The notes: generated by a model from the sequence alone, not told the origin. A stretch of DNA of 64,000 nucleotides from an uncultured Leptospirales bacterium (GCA_964439325.1 CAYTNW010000008.1:69440-133439), one strand, 5' to 3'; positions 19,454 through 30,066 are shown, counted from the stretch's first letter. Made by a program: numbers and translations.

Positions 19454-20740
19454 ATGGAATCAAAGTCCTACAACCCTTTTCATGTAGCTCAAAACCAGTT
19501 TGACAGCGTAGCAGCAATGCTTGATCTGGAGGATGGTGTAAGAGAATTATTAAGACAGCCCATGCGCGAATACCAGTTCACAATCCCTGTCCACATGGAT
19601 GATGGAACGGTCAAGATTTTTAAAGGATTCAGAATACAGCACAGTGATGCCCGCGGGCCGGCAAAGGGTGGGATCCGCTTTCACCCCCTTGAAACAGTTG
19701 ATACAGTCCGCGCACTTTCAATGTGGATGACATGGAAATGCTCTGTAGTAGATATACCGCTGGGCGGGGGCAAGGGGGGAGTTATTTGCGACCCGCATCA
19801 CCTCAGCGCGCGCGAACAGGAACAGATATGCAGAGGATGGGTGCGCCAGATAGCCCGGAACCTGGGGCCAGTTCTCGATGTGCCTGCGCCGGATGTTATG
19901 ACCAATTCTCAGCATATGCTGTGGATGCTTGACGAATTTGAAGCTATACATGGAGGGAGATATCCCGGTTTTATTACCGGAAAACCGGTCGGTATGGGTG
20001 GATCTCTTGGCAGAACAGAGGCTACCGGATACGGACTGATATATACACTGCGCGAGGCTTTAAGGGAGCATAAAATTGATCCCGCCAATACAACGGCCAG
20101 CCTGCAGGGGTTCGGTAATGTATCGCAGTATGCCGCTAAAATGTATGATCATCTTGGAGGAAAGATTGTCTGTGTTTCATGCTGGGACCAGGCGGACAAA
20201 AAATCCTACTCTTTCAGGAAAAAAAGCGGTATTGATGTAGATGAACTTTTTTCAATAACCGACAAGTTTGGCGGCATTGACAAGAGCAGAGCCCGTGATC
20301 TCGGCTATGAACAGCTCGATGGTGATGCGTGGCTTGAACAGGAGGTTGATATTCTGCTCCCTTCAGCACTTGAAAACCAGATCAACGCAAACAATGTTAA
20401 CAAAATTCATTCAAGGGTAAAATTCATCGCCGAAGGAGCCAACGGCCCCACAACACCAGAGGCCGATGAGGTGATAAAGAGCAGAGATATATTCCTTATC
20501 CCTGACTTTCTCGCCAATGCGGGTGGCGTCACATGCAGCTATTTTGAACAGGTGCAGTGCAATATGAATTATTTCTGGGAAAAGAAAGAGGTTCTTGATA
20601 AACTTGATATAAAGATGACATCTGCGTTTCTTGCGGTCAGCGAGCTTGCAAGGGGCAAAAAGCTTTACATGCGTGATGCTGCCTATATAATTGCTATTGA
20701 CCGGGTGGCTAAGGCGGTCAAGGCAAGAGGATGGGTCTGA
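19454..20740 (+). CDS. gdhA: Glutamate dehydrogenase (Glu/Leu/Phe/Val family)
   Basis: RGPAKGGIRFHP, MTWKC, GGGKGG, DVPAPD, GRTEATGYG, QGFGNV, EGANGP and NAGGVTCSYFE. Confidence 0.93.
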   Translation: MESKSYNPFHVAQNQFDSVAAMLDLEDGVRELLRQPMREYQFTIPVHMDDGTVKIFKGFRIQHSDARGPAKGGIRFHPLETVDTVRALSMWMTWKCSVVDIPLGGGKGGVICDPHHLSAREQEQICRGWVRQIARNLGPVLDVPAPDVMTNSQHMLWMLDEFEAIHGGRYPGFITGKPVGMGGSLGRTEATGYGLIYTLREALREHKIDPANTTASLQGFGNVSQYAAKMYDHLGGKIVCVSCWDQADKKSYSFRKKSGIDVDELFSITDKFGGIDKSRARDLGYEQLDGDAWLEQEVDILLPSALENQINANNVNKIHSRVKFIAEGANGPTTPEADEVIKSRDIFLIPDFLANAGGVTCSYFEQVQCNMNYFWEKKEVLDKLDIKMTSAFLAVSELARGKKLYMRDAAYIIAIDRVAKAVKARGWV

Positions 20741-20803
20741 TAAGACTGTCCGGCAGTAATGAATTTATGCAAAAAAATGATCTTATAAGCAAAGCGTTAT
20801 AAA

Positions 20804-23800
20804 ATGACTGATGCAAATTTATCAAACGATCAGTTGATAAACACACTCCGTGAACGTGCGAAGGAGTTGAACTGTCTGTACCAGGTTGAAGAGATTCTCG
20901 CCGGTTCCGACAGTTCTCTCCCGGACATGTTCAAACGGATAATTCAGATAATTCCGTCCGGCTGGCAGTATCCGGAAATATGCCAGGCCCGCATCAAATT
21001 CGAGGATACAGAATACAAAAACAGCGACCACATCCAGACGATATGGTCCGACACGGCTGAGATAAGGGTTGAAGACAAGGTTTCGGGTTTTATCGAAGTG
21101 TCATACATCGAGGAGGTTCCGCCCTCGGAGAAAGGATTTTTCCTGGAAAAAGAGCGCAAACTCATTGTTACAATTGCAGACCGTATAGGTCAGACTGTCT
21201 TTCACAGAAAGCTTGAAAGTCTGCTGCGTGAAATTGAAAACGCCGGGATGAAACTCTCAGAAAAATCCGACCGTGAATGGATGGTTGTAACAGGACTGTT
21301 GCGCAGAACTGATGAAAACCTTTATCACCATATTGCTCGAAAAATGATCTATCACCTTTTCTGGAACGGGGTAAAGGACGCAAAGCTGCTGCTCAATAAG
21401 TATAATACAGACCTGGACCGCAGCGACATTGCTAATCAGAACGAAACAAACAGCCCCAGCGTCAAACAGCCGAGAGACCTGCTGTTCGAGGTGAGCGACC
21501 AGGTCTTTCTTACTGCCTCGGAAAACATGAGCAACAACGAAATCATGTCCTGTATCCAGAAGTGGATAAATGAAAACAGGACAGGATTTCTTGTAAAAAC
21601 AATTGATTCAGGAAACGCAAAACTTAACGAGATAATTGATGCCATTCAGAGGTACAGGGCCATGATCGACAGCGATATGGCACTGGCGCCGTCTACGGAG
21701 AAGTGGCTGAGGATATCGCTGATAAGAAGGTTTTTCTCTGAAAGCACCGATTTCATAAACATAGCGAAGCGTCACCTCGAGGTTAATGACTTTTTCGAAC
21801 TTACAACTAAAATTATCCATCATGCCGGGAGCAGCGGAAAACTCGGAGGTAAAAGCGCAGGACTGTTTATGGCAAAGCATATTCTGCGTAAAGCCTCACA
21901 GGGGAATAATCTGCTGAAAAATGTCCGTACCCCGCTTACCTGGTATATTACCGCGGATTCTCTGACCGAGTTTCTGAGGTACAATGATCTTGAAGAGCTT
22001 AACGGGCAGAAGTATAAAGATCCGGAGCAGGTCCGGATTGAATACCCGAACATAGTTCAGCTTTTTAAAAACGCGCAGTTTCCTTCTGAAATAAAGAAAG
22101 GGCTTATGGTGGCCCTTGATGAACTCGGGACCAATCCGATTATTGTACGCAGCTCGAGCCTGCTTGAAGACAGGGTCGGCACAGCATTTTCGGGAAAATA
22201 CAAAAGCCTGTTTCTCGCGAACCAGGGGAGCAGGGAAAAACGGTTTGATGCTCTTCTTGACGCAATTTCAGAGGTCTATGCGTCTTTATTCGCGCCGGAC
22301 CCGATGATATACCGTTCGGAGCGCGGGCTGATTGATCTGCACGAAGAGATGGGCATCATGATACAGCAGGTTGTCGGCAGAAAGGCTGGTAATTACTTTT
22401 TCCCTTCATTTGCAGGGATTGCCTTCAGCAATAACGAGTACCGCTGGTCTCCCAGGCTCAAACGCGAAGACGGACTTATACGGCTTGTTCCCGGACTCGG
22501 CACGCGGGCAGTGGACAGGGTGAGCAATGATTATCCCGCAATGATATCGCCCGGACAGCCGGCTCTGAGGATCAACGTGAGCCCGGACGAGATAAGGCAC
22601 TATTCCCCGGCATTCATTGATGTTATCAATCTTCAGAAAAACTGCTTTGAAACGCTTCCGCTGGAACAGCTGTTCAGACAATACGGGGAGGAGATACCCG
22701 ATATTCACCAGATTGTATCAGTTTACAGTGACGGGCACATCTCCCGATCTTCGCGTTTTGATCTTGACTGTAAAAAAGATGACCTTATAGTAACATTTGA
22801 GGGAATAATTACCAGAACACCGTTTGTCAAACAGGTCAGTTCAATCGTAGCCGCACTCCAGGACGGTTTCGGCATGCCGGTTGATATAGAGTTCGCCTGC
22901 GATGGCACCGATTTTTATATCCTTCAGTGCAGGCCGCAGAATTCGGATGGGGAGAACGCTCCAAGCCCTATACCGCACGACATCCCGGAGAATAAAATAC
23001 TTTTTAATGCCAGACGTTTTATTTCAAACGGAAAGGTGCCGGAAATCACTCATATTGTCTGGATTGATCCTGCAAAGTATGCTGCGCTTGAAAGCCGGAG
23101 CGCGCTTGCAAGTGTCGGGTCTGCTGTCGGGAGGCTGAATTCGATATTGCCGAAGAGGCAGTTCATCTTGATGGGACCTGGTCGGTGGGGCAGCAGGGGA
23201 GATATAAAACTTGGCGTGCAGATAACATACGCTGATATCTGCAACACAGCGGTTTTGATTGAAATTTCAACGAGGAAAGGGGCGTATTCGCCTGAATTGT
23301 CTTTTGGCACCCATTTTTTCCAGGACCTTGTTGAAACCGGCATACGTTATATTCCTCTATATCCTGAAGAGAGGGAAATAATATATAATGAGATTTTCTT
23401 TACCGGTTCGGACAACATGCTGGCAGATATCCTGCCTGAATACGGATACCTGTCCGAAGTGATCCGTGTTATCGATATCCCAAGGCGCACCGGCGGAGAA
23501 ATTCTACGAATACTGCTGAATGCTGAACTTGGGGAAGCTCTGGCTTATTTTAGCGAAGTAAAGACTGCCGAAGAAACTGAAATATTCAGAACCACGCCGG
23601 CTGAACCGCAGCCGGATGATTTCTGGCGGTGGCGCATGCATATGGCTGAACATATCGCCGCCCGGATTGAACCTTCGCGTTTCGGAGTAAAGGCTGTCTA
23701 CGTTATCGGATCAACGTTAAATGCCACTGCCGGGCCATGCAGCGATCTTGACCTGCTTATACATTTTAACGGTTCGGAACAGCAGCGTGAAAAACTGCTG

Positions 23801-23992
23801 TTATGGCTGGAAGGCTGGAGCCTGAGCCTGGATGAGATGAACTACCTTAAAACTGGATATAAGACCGGGGGACTGCTTGATGTTCACATTATTTCAGATG
23901 AAGACATCTCATCGAGGTCGTCCTTCGCTGTGAAGATAAATGCCGTTACCGATCCCGCCCGTCCCCTTTCTATGAAAAGCCGCGTGTTCTGA
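20804..23992 (+). CDS. PEP/pyruvate-binding (PPDK_N ATP-grasp) domain protein with N-terminal GAF-like and C-terminal nucleotidyltransferase domains
   Basis: ERAKELNCLY...PSGWQYPEI; LGGKSAGL, IVRSSSLLED, FSGKYKS, DIEFA...YILQCRP; C-terminal IGST...SDLDLL. No PEP-binding barrel. Confidence 0.85.
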   Translation: MTDANLSNDQLINTLRERAKELNCLYQVEEILAGSDSSLPDMFKRIIQIIPSGWQYPEICQARIKFEDTEYKNSDHIQTIWSDTAEIRVEDKVSGFIEVSYIEEVPPSEKGFFLEKERKLIVTIADRIGQTVFHRKLESLLREIENAGMKLSEKSDREWMVVTGLLRRTDENLYHHIARKMIYHLFWNGVKDAKLLLNKYNTDLDRSDIANQNETNSPSVKQPRDLLFEVSDQVFLTASENMSNNEIMSCIQKWINENRTGFLVKTIDSGNAKLNEIIDAIQRYRAMIDSDMALAPSTEKWLRISLIRRFFSESTDFINIAKRHLEVNDFFELTTKIIHHAGSSGKLGGKSAGLFMAKHILRKASQGNNLLKNVRTPLTWYITADSLTEFLRYNDLEELNGQKYKDPEQVRIEYPNIVQLFKNAQFPSEIKKGLMVALDELGTNPIIVRSSSLLEDRVGTAFSGKYKSLFLANQGSREKRFDALLDAISEVYASLFAPDPMIYRSERGLIDLHEEMGIMIQQVVGRKAGNYFFPSFAGIAFSNNEYRWSPRLKREDGLIRLVPGLGTRAVDRVSNDYPAMISPGQPALRINVSPDEIRHYSPAFIDVINLQKNCFETLPLEQLFRQYGEEIPDIHQIVSVYSDGHISRSSRFDLDCKKDDLIVTFEGIITRTPFVKQVSSIVAALQDGFGMPVDIEFACDGTDFYILQCRPQNSDGENAPSPIPHDIPENKILFNARRFISNGKVPEITHIVWIDPAKYAALESRSALASVGSAVGRLNSILPKRQFILMGPGRWGSRGDIKLGVQITYADICNTAVLIEISTRKGAYSPELSFGTHFFQDLVETGIRYIPLYPEEREIIYNEIFFTGSDNMLADILPEYGYLSEVIRVIDIPRRTGGEILRILLNAELGEALAYFSEVKTAEETEIFRTTPAEPQPDDFWRWRMHMAEHIAARIEPSRFGVKAVYVIGSTLNATAGPCSDLDLLIHFNGSEQQREKLLLWLEGWSLSLDEMNYLKTGYKTGGLLDVHIISDEDISSRSSFAVKINAVTDPARPLSMKSRVF

Positions 23993-24031
23993 TGCAAACG
24001 CAAGAAAATTTTTTACATCATTAAAGAACGG

Positions 24032-24241
24032 TTAGAGATGGTAGTTCCCGTTTGCTTCGGGCTGGTAGATGATCTGTTCAATTCGTATTTTTTTCATGCC
24101 TGCGGGAACTTCCCATGCAATTTCATCGCCGACCCTGTAGCCAAGGAGCGCTGTACCTATTGGTGCAAGCACGGAAAGCCTGTCGTGTTCAATATCCGCC
24201 TCTTCCGGGTAGACAATAGTATACACTCTCTGTTTTTCACC
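24032..24241 (-). pseudogene. rnk: 3' half of Rnk (GreA/B-family nucleoside diphosphate kinase regulator)
   Basis: YTIVYPEEA...SVLAPIGTALLGYRVGD...YQPEANGNYHL. An in-frame TAA lies just upstream and the N-terminal half is absent. Confidence 0.85.
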
Positions 24242-24275
24242 AAAAAAAAGAGGCCTTATTTATGGTCTCTTTTTT
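24242..24275. terminator. Bidirectional intrinsic terminator
   Basis: A8-GAGGCC-ttatttat-GGTCTC-T6, downstream of the HDOD gene. Confidence 0.75.
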
Positions 24276-24365
24276 GTCTGTAAGACGACTCCTGCTGCTC
24301 TCACTGACTGCAGGGTCGTTTATTTTCAGCCTGTCGAAATACGGCCTCTGAGCGGAGTCGAAGAG

Positions 24366-25226
24366 CTATGCCAGTTCCCTAAGCTGTTTATCCATTTCGG
24401 GAAGTTTTGAATAGAGCTCTTCAAGCTCGGCGTTTGTAATTTTCAGGGTCTCAATAGCTGCACTGCTCATCTGGTGATAGAGTCCGTCGCTCCCCACTCC
24501 GAAACCTGCCATGAGACAGAGAGTATTGGCGATATGTACTGCCGATACCTCGGCCTTGAACTCGGCGGGTGCGCTTTCAGGTTCCGCGTAGAATCTTACT
24601 ATGGCCTTCAGAACAGCGGGGAAATTCCATTTTTCCAGGATTTTCTCGCTTATCTCCTGATGGCTGTATCCCATGATCGCTTTTTCAGCTTCATTAAAGG
24701 TAATGTTTTTTGTTTTAACCTCGTTCAGGATATCCTTATATGTGCTCTGGACATAGATTGCTATGACCGTTTTCCCTACATTATGAATAATGCCGCCGGT
24801 AAAAACCACGTCAGCGATATCTTTACGGTTTTTCAGCAGGGCTATCTTTTTTGCCAGGTTGGCAACCATAAGGCCCTGTTTCCAGAGTTCCCCTTTGCCA
24901 AGATCGTAGCCTATTACAAATTTGTCGAGGACCGGTTTTGCGGCTATAACCATGACAATCCCTGTGAGTTCTTTAATTCCTATGCTCACAATAGCCCTGT
25001 CGATTGATGTAATCTCCTTCCCCCTGCTGAAGTAGGCCGAATTGCAGAGTTTTAGAATATTGGTGGTCATCGACTGATCTTTTGATATCTCCTCAGCGAC
25101 ATCTTTGAAAGACACTTCCGGATTATTTACCATGTTAAGAATTTTTGAAGCAATCTCCGGCACTGTCGGAAGAGCTGCAAGATTATTTATTGTACTTTCA
25201 ATTCTCTGTTTTATATCTGCGTGCAT
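24366..25226 (-). CDS. HDOD domain protein
   Basis: LPTVPEI, ISKDQSMTTNILKLCNSAYF, GGIIHNVGK, SHQEI and WNFP. Confidence 0.92.
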   Translation of the reverse strand: MHADIKQRIESTINNLAALPTVPEIASKILNMVNNPEVSFKDVAEEISKDQSMTTNILKLCNSAYFSRGKEITSIDRAIVSIGIKELTGIVMVIAAKPVLDKFVIGYDLGKGELWKQGLMVANLAKKIALLKNRKDIADVVFTGGIIHNVGKTVIAIYVQSTYKDILNEVKTKNITFNEAEKAIMGYSHQEISEKILEKWNFPAVLKAIVRFYAEPESAPAEFKAEVSAVHIANTLCLMAGFGVGSDGLYHQMSSAAIETLKITNAELEELYSKLPEMDKQLRELA

Positions 25227-25243
25227 GTAAAATACCCCGGATT

Positions 25244-25732
25244 TTATCCAACCTTATAGTAATTTTTTTCCTGACCGGCTGCCTTAACCTTAAGACGGCC
25301 ATCCACCATGTAAAAGTCGATGACCCGTCCGGAACATCCCCCTGTGTCCTCATCTACAAGCGGGATCTGGAGTTTCTCGAGCATTTTTTTTGTTATTTCA
25401 ATATTCCTGTCACCGATCTGACCGAGAGAGGCGTTTGATTCGAATTTAAACATCGAGGCGCCGCCGGCAATCTTGGCCGATAAAAATTCCTTCTTCGCCC
25501 CCTCTTTCAGAAGCCTCTGAACAAGAAGTGGTATAGCGGTATCAGCATATTTTTCAGGATTGGCGCCGTGGACGGTATCAAGGGGGAGCAGAACATGCGC
25601 CAGTCCGCCTATTTTCTTCATTCTGTCGTATATGCAGATCCCGACACAGCTCCCGAGGATTGTGCGCAGAACATCCGGTTCCTTGGCCAGTTTGACCTGT
25701 GCGACCCCTACATTTACAAGTGTTTCGCTCAT
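25244..25732 (-). CDS. cheD: Chemoreceptor glutamine deamidase
   Basis: TILGSCVGIC, GGLAHVLLP, KYADTA, AKIAGGA and IGDRN. Confidence 0.95.
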   Translation of the reverse strand: MSETLVNVGVAQVKLAKEPDVLRTILGSCVGICIYDRMKKIGGLAHVLLPLDTVHGANPEKYADTAIPLLVQRLLKEGAKKEFLSAKIAGGASMFKFESNASLGQIGDRNIEITKKMLEKLQIPLVDEDTGGCSGRVIDFYMVDGRLKVKAAGQEKNYYKVG

Positions 25733-25901
25733 ACATTAATCTCTGTTTAAATATTTAATTCAATTCTATAGATACTATCCCTTATTCAATTTGTCAATGG
25801 TTTATATTATTTTTTCGTTTTTTGTTGGCATAAAATAAAAAGTATTTACAATGATTCCGGAATCGGTATTTTATCATAAGTAGAGCGGGTATGTTTATAC
25901 C

Positions 25902-26921
25902 TTGAAATGTATAAATTATTCAGACCTCTCCGCACAGGGCGAGGTTGAGCATATGATGAAGGGAGCAGTTGTGAAGAAAAACAGTCCGGTGAGTTCACCT
26001 GCGGAAAAAATAGAACTCATGCTGAGTCTGATAACCGGAGATGATGTCAACCGGTTTTCCGGCATATATCTTGATGAAACGCTGCAGGAGTTCTTTTATC
26101 TCGATAATGAACTTTCAGTTCCGCCGATTCCGGTCGGTGAACTTGATTACGGAACCGGGATTGAATTGACTGAAAAATTAACTAAAATTATCCCTGAGTA
26201 CATGTATAAGCACACCCTTCTGCAGAAGAGAAAACCGCAGTCGGAACAGCATTCGCTTCAGTTTGTTAAAAAGGTCCCGGGGAAGATCGTCGATTTTGCA
26301 CATATACTGAGGCTCGATTTCAAACTCTCCGGCGGTTCAGGCAGCATAACGGGAAAATCCGACGCAAGGACTTTTCCGTCATATGTGACAGACAGGATAA
26401 AGTATAAATCGAGGCTTGTACCGGTGGTGAAAGAGAGCGATCCGTCGCAGGTAGATGCTCTGAAAATCAAATCACAGTTAAAGGTTGAAAATTCTGAAAA
26501 GAGAATTACCTCGGTATATTTTGACGAGTTCAGCACTTCGGAGATCTCGATAGATTTCAGTACAAAAGCGGGGAGCGGCATCTTCGCGATACCGGCTAAA
26601 ATCTACCAGTTCATCTCGTACGATTATTTCACCGCATGTATGAACGTTCCCGATCCCGCTGAGAAAAATCTGGAACGTGCGGCGGAGATATTCGAACCGC
26701 TGTTTTTTTTCCTGTACCACAGCTACAGGGAGGAGCTTCCTCTGCCGGATGAAGGCATCTCCACGTTATGGGATGACCTTCTTGATGTGACACCTTCCGG
26801 TGTTGAACAGAAAGCGAAGTTCGGAGAGCTGCTGAAAAAATTCTTCTCGCGTTATACAATTTACAGAGACGATGATATGATGCTCAAGGGATTGCGGAAA
26901 TTCGTAATCGATCAGAGATAA
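25902..26921 (+). CDS. Hypothetical protein
   Basis: 339-aa ORF with host-like codon usage, 12 nt upstream of fdhD. No motif recognised. Confidence 0.7.
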   Translation: MKCINYSDLSAQGEVEHMMKGAVVKKNSPVSSPAEKIELMLSLITGDDVNRFSGIYLDETLQEFFYLDNELSVPPIPVGELDYGTGIELTEKLTKIIPEYMYKHTLLQKRKPQSEQHSLQFVKKVPGKIVDFAHILRLDFKLSGGSGSITGKSDARTFPSYVTDRIKYKSRLVPVVKESDPSQVDALKIKSQLKVENSEKRITSVYFDEFSTSEISIDFSTKAGSGIFAIPAKIYQFISYDYFTACMNVPDPAEKNLERAAEIFEPLFFFLYHSYREELPLPDEGISTLWDDLLDVTPSGVEQKAKFGELLKKFFSRYTIYRDDDMMLKGLRKFVIDQR

Positions 26922-26933
26922 ACAGGAAAACCG

Positions 26934-27698
26934 ATGGATACCGCTGAATTTGAAGTTATTAAATACAGAGATCAAAAGATTGAACGTGTTCCTGACTGTG
27001 TCGTCAGGGAGGAACCTCTGGAGATATTCGTCAATAACGAGAAGAAGTATTTCTGTATGAGAATGCCGGAAATGGACTATGAGATGGGACTCGGTATTCT
27101 GTACGGCGAGGGGATGATCAGTTCAATTTCCGATGTAGAGAGTTTTGAACAGGACGGATACTCTTTAAGATACGTGATCAGGGGCGAGACCGGGCCTGGA
27201 GTGAAAAAAGTCTACGCCTCGTCCGGCAGCATTTTTTCCGATGAACTCGTCGCCCCTCCGCTACAATCCGGCGGTGAGATAAACGCTGAAAAACTGTTTG
27301 TCCTGCAGAGGGAGTTTTTCGCGATGCAGAAGGTCTTTAACAAAACCGGGGCCGTACATGCGTCGGCATTCTATTCCCCTGAGGGAAAGCTTATATCTTT
27401 TGCGGAGGACGTGGGGCGGCACAACGCGCTTGATAAATGTATGGGGAGAGCGCTAGCCGCAGGGGAACAGGGGAGCATTTTTTTAATAATGCTCTCCTCC
27501 CGTCTCAGTTTTGAAATGATAAGGAAGAGTTTCAGAACCGGAGCGGCGGTCGTGGCCGGAGTTTCCGCCCCGACAAGCGCCGCAGTCGATGCGGCCGCTT
27601 CATCAGGAATCACTCTTATCGGTTTTCTGAGAGGGGAGAAGTTTAATATCTACTCTCATCCCGAAAGAGTTGCAGATACCGGCCGGAGGCCGCGATAA
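26934..27698 (+). CDS. fdhD: Formate dehydrogenase accessory protein FdhD
   Basis: VREEPLEI, KTGAVHAS, EDVGRHNALDK, SSRLSFEM and VSAPTS. Confidence 0.92.
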   Translation: MDTAEFEVIKYRDQKIERVPDCVVREEPLEIFVNNEKKYFCMRMPEMDYEMGLGILYGEGMISSISDVESFEQDGYSLRYVIRGETGPGVKKVYASSGSIFSDELVAPPLQSGGEINAEKLFVLQREFFAMQKVFNKTGAVHASAFYSPEGKLISFAEDVGRHNALDKCMGRALAAGEQGSIFLIMLSSRLSFEMIRKSFRTGAAVVAGVSAPTSAAVDAAASSGITLIGFLRGEKFNIYSHPERVADTGRRPR

Positions 27699-27703
27699 TA
27701 CCT

Positions 27704-29851
27704 TCAGAACTTCTGAAAGCCGTCACTCTCCATGTAATTTTCTATATTGCTTTTTCCCTCTGTCCCGGCAGTATCAGAGGCGGTTTTTTCGTTCTTTATT
27801 TCTGATCCGGCCGGCTTTGCTGTTTTAATCTCCTTCGCGGCGGAACCGGTTCCGGTTTTCGCGGTCTCTGATTTTTCTGTTTTATCGGTTTTACCGGCGA
27901 GAGGTTTGTTTTTTAAGATACCCTTACCCGGCTCCGATGATTTCCGTGTTTTAACGTCTTTATTGCTGACAGTGAACCTGCTCATAAGTGCAAGCATCTC
28001 CTGCGCCTGGTTTGCCATCTGTTCGCTTGCGGACGCTGTCTCCTCAACAAGGGCGGCATTCTGCTGGGTAGCTGAATCAAGCTCGACAATCGCCTTGTTT
28101 ATCTGGTCCATACCCTGGCGCTGCTCGTCGCTGGCTGCGGCGATTTCAGAAATCAGCGAAGCGGTCGTTTTTGCAGCATTGGCTATCTCCCTGAGAAATT
28201 CCCCGGTTTGAACGACTACCATTGTTCCTTTGCCTACTTTTTCCACCGATTCCTTGATCAGCTGCTCAATCTCTTTGGCGGCGCTTCCGGAACGCTGTGC
28301 GAGATTTCTGACCTCTGCCGCGACAACGGCAAAACCCCTCCCCTGTTCGCCGGCCCGCGCAGCCTCTACCGCGGCGTTAAGCGCGAGAAGGTTTGTCTGG
28401 AAAGCGATCTCATTTATTACCGAGATTATCTCGGAAATCCTTTTGCTTGAATCGTTGATCTCATTTATAGACTGTATGGCTGCCGCCGCCTGTTCGCTCC
28501 CTATCGAGGATTTCTCCACTCCCTGCAGCGTAAGGTTCTGTGCGTTGTTCGAGTTTTCAGCATTCCGTTCCACGGTTGAGGTGTTCTCCTCGATAGTCGC
28601 CGCAATCTCCTGAAGCGACGAAGCCTGTTCGTTTGTCCTCTGCGAGAGGTTCATGTTCCCCTGGGTTATCTGGTCGACAACCTGGCTGAGGTTTTCGGCG
28701 GATATTATTATGTTTGTGATCAGGTTCTCGAGGTTGTCTGCTGAAGCGTTAAGCGCGTTTGCGAGGTTGCCTATCTCGTCCCTCTGGCTTATTTTTACCC
28801 TTTCGGTAAAATTGCCCTCAGCCAGTTTGCTTGCAAACTGGCTCATCTGCTGTACAGGATTTGAAATTTTGCCTGATATGTAAAAACTTACGAGAAGGCT
28901 TATTCCTATGGAAATTAATGCTATGATAAAAGTCACAATAAACATCTGATACAGCGGGGAGTAAAGCTTGCTCTCCGAAACCGTTACGCAAAGGATCCAT
29001 CCTGTCTGGGTTATTTCGTTAAAATACAGCCTTTTACTGTCGCCATCAATCGAAATAGTTGAAGTCCCGTTTTTAAGCTTAAGAATTTGACTTCCCGTTT
29101 CTGAAAATTTTTTATCAGGATGCTCGGTGATCTTCTTTTTCATAATGTAGTCTTTATTATGGAAAGATATGAATGTACCTTCAGAATCCAGAAGAAAAGC
29201 CTCCAGCCCGATTTTGTCATCTTTTATATCCTTCACGATTTTCTGCAGTTCCGCTATATCAAAGTCGCCGCTGGTTGTGCCGAGAAAATTTTTATTATCA
29301 TCGAAAAACGGACAGACTGCGGATGTCATTATGATCCCGGAAGTTTCGTCGAAATAGGGTGTTGTCCAGGTTACAATGTTTTCAGCCTTCCCCTTAGCTG
29401 TTTTATACCACTCCTGTTCGGGGTAGTTATAGGCAACCTTTTCGTAATCAGCTGTAAGTACAGTTTTACCCTTGTCCTTGAAAGCATAAGGTCCGAAATA
29501 TCGTATAGAGGGGCTGAATTTGTACGGCTCAAACCACACTCCTATGCCGAAACTAGCAGGATTATCATTAATTATATCCATAAAAAACCGTTCGTAAACC
29601 GTTCTTGAAACCTGGTTTTTATTTCCCTGGGCAAAAGATGCCACTGCTCTTGAAATTGATGAATGTGCATCAAGCTTCCTGTTCATCTCCGATATTATTG
29701 AACTGAGTTTCAGTCCCATTTTTGTGTTAATCTCTTCATTAAGAGTAAAATAGCTCATTGCAAGAGTTACAATCTGCATTATAATGATCGCGGCAATTAC
29801 TATTGTCGTGATATAAGCCATTAATTTGAATTTGAAGGAATGGATATTCAT
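27704..29851 (-). CDS. Methyl-accepting chemotaxis protein (Cache, HAMP and MCP signalling domains)
   Basis: Two TM helices around a Cache-like region (WTTPYFD), HAMP motif DEIGNL, and [30 protein letters not shown]. Confidence 0.95.
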   Translation of the reverse strand: MNIHSFKFKLMAYITTIVIAAIIIMQIVTLAMSYFTLNEEINTKMGLKLSSIISEMNRKLDAHSSISRAVASFAQGNKNQVSRTVYERFFMDIINDNPASFGIGVWFEPYKFSPSIRYFGPYAFKDKGKTVLTADYEKVAYNYPEQEWYKTAKGKAENIVTWTTPYFDETSGIIMTSAVCPFFDDNKNFLGTTSGDFDIAELQKIVKDIKDDKIGLEAFLLDSEGTFISFHNKDYIMKKKITEHPDKKFSETGSQILKLKNGTSTISIDGDSKRLYFNEITQTGWILCVTVSESKLYSPLYQMFIVTFIIALISIGISLLVSFYISGKISNPVQQMSQFASKLAEGNFTERVKISQRDEIGNLANALNASADNLENLITNIIISAENLSQVVDQITQGNMNLSQRTNEQASSLQEIAATIEENTSTVERNAENSNNAQNLTLQGVEKSSIGSEQAAAAIQSINEINDSSKRISEIISVINEIAFQTNLLALNAAVEAARAGEQGRGFAVVAAEVRNLAQRSGSAAKEIEQLIKESVEKVGKGTMVVVQTGEFLREIANAAKTTASLISEIAAASDEQRQGMDQINKAIVELDSATQQNAALVEETASASEQMANQAQEMLALMSRFTVSNKDVKTRKSSEPGKGILKNKPLAGKTDKTEKSETAKTGTGSAAKEIKTAKPAGSEIKNEKTASDTAGTEGKSNIENYMESDGFQKF

Positions 29852-30066
29852 GATTTTGCCCTCCGTGCATATTTCAATTCAATAAAACAAAAAATATGAG
29901 AAAAAAAAAGGATTTCGGAATAAAAATGTTTATTATGTGTAAAAAATTATAAAATAGCGGATATCGGTTAAATATGGAGGATAATATATGAATATGATTT
30001 CACGCAGCCCGGGGAGTTTATGACTGCATGAAAATCATTTTAAAAATCAATTATTAACAGCGGATA

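Noticed and set aside
20804-23992. Annotation as a functional PEP synthase (ppsA) or PPDK
   Set aside because: There is no PEP/pyruvate-binding barrel and no recognisable phospho-His motif.
29988-30023. GGAGG-preceded mini-ORF MNMISRSPGSL
   Set aside because: Only 11 codons, antisense to the neighbouring genes, with no further support.
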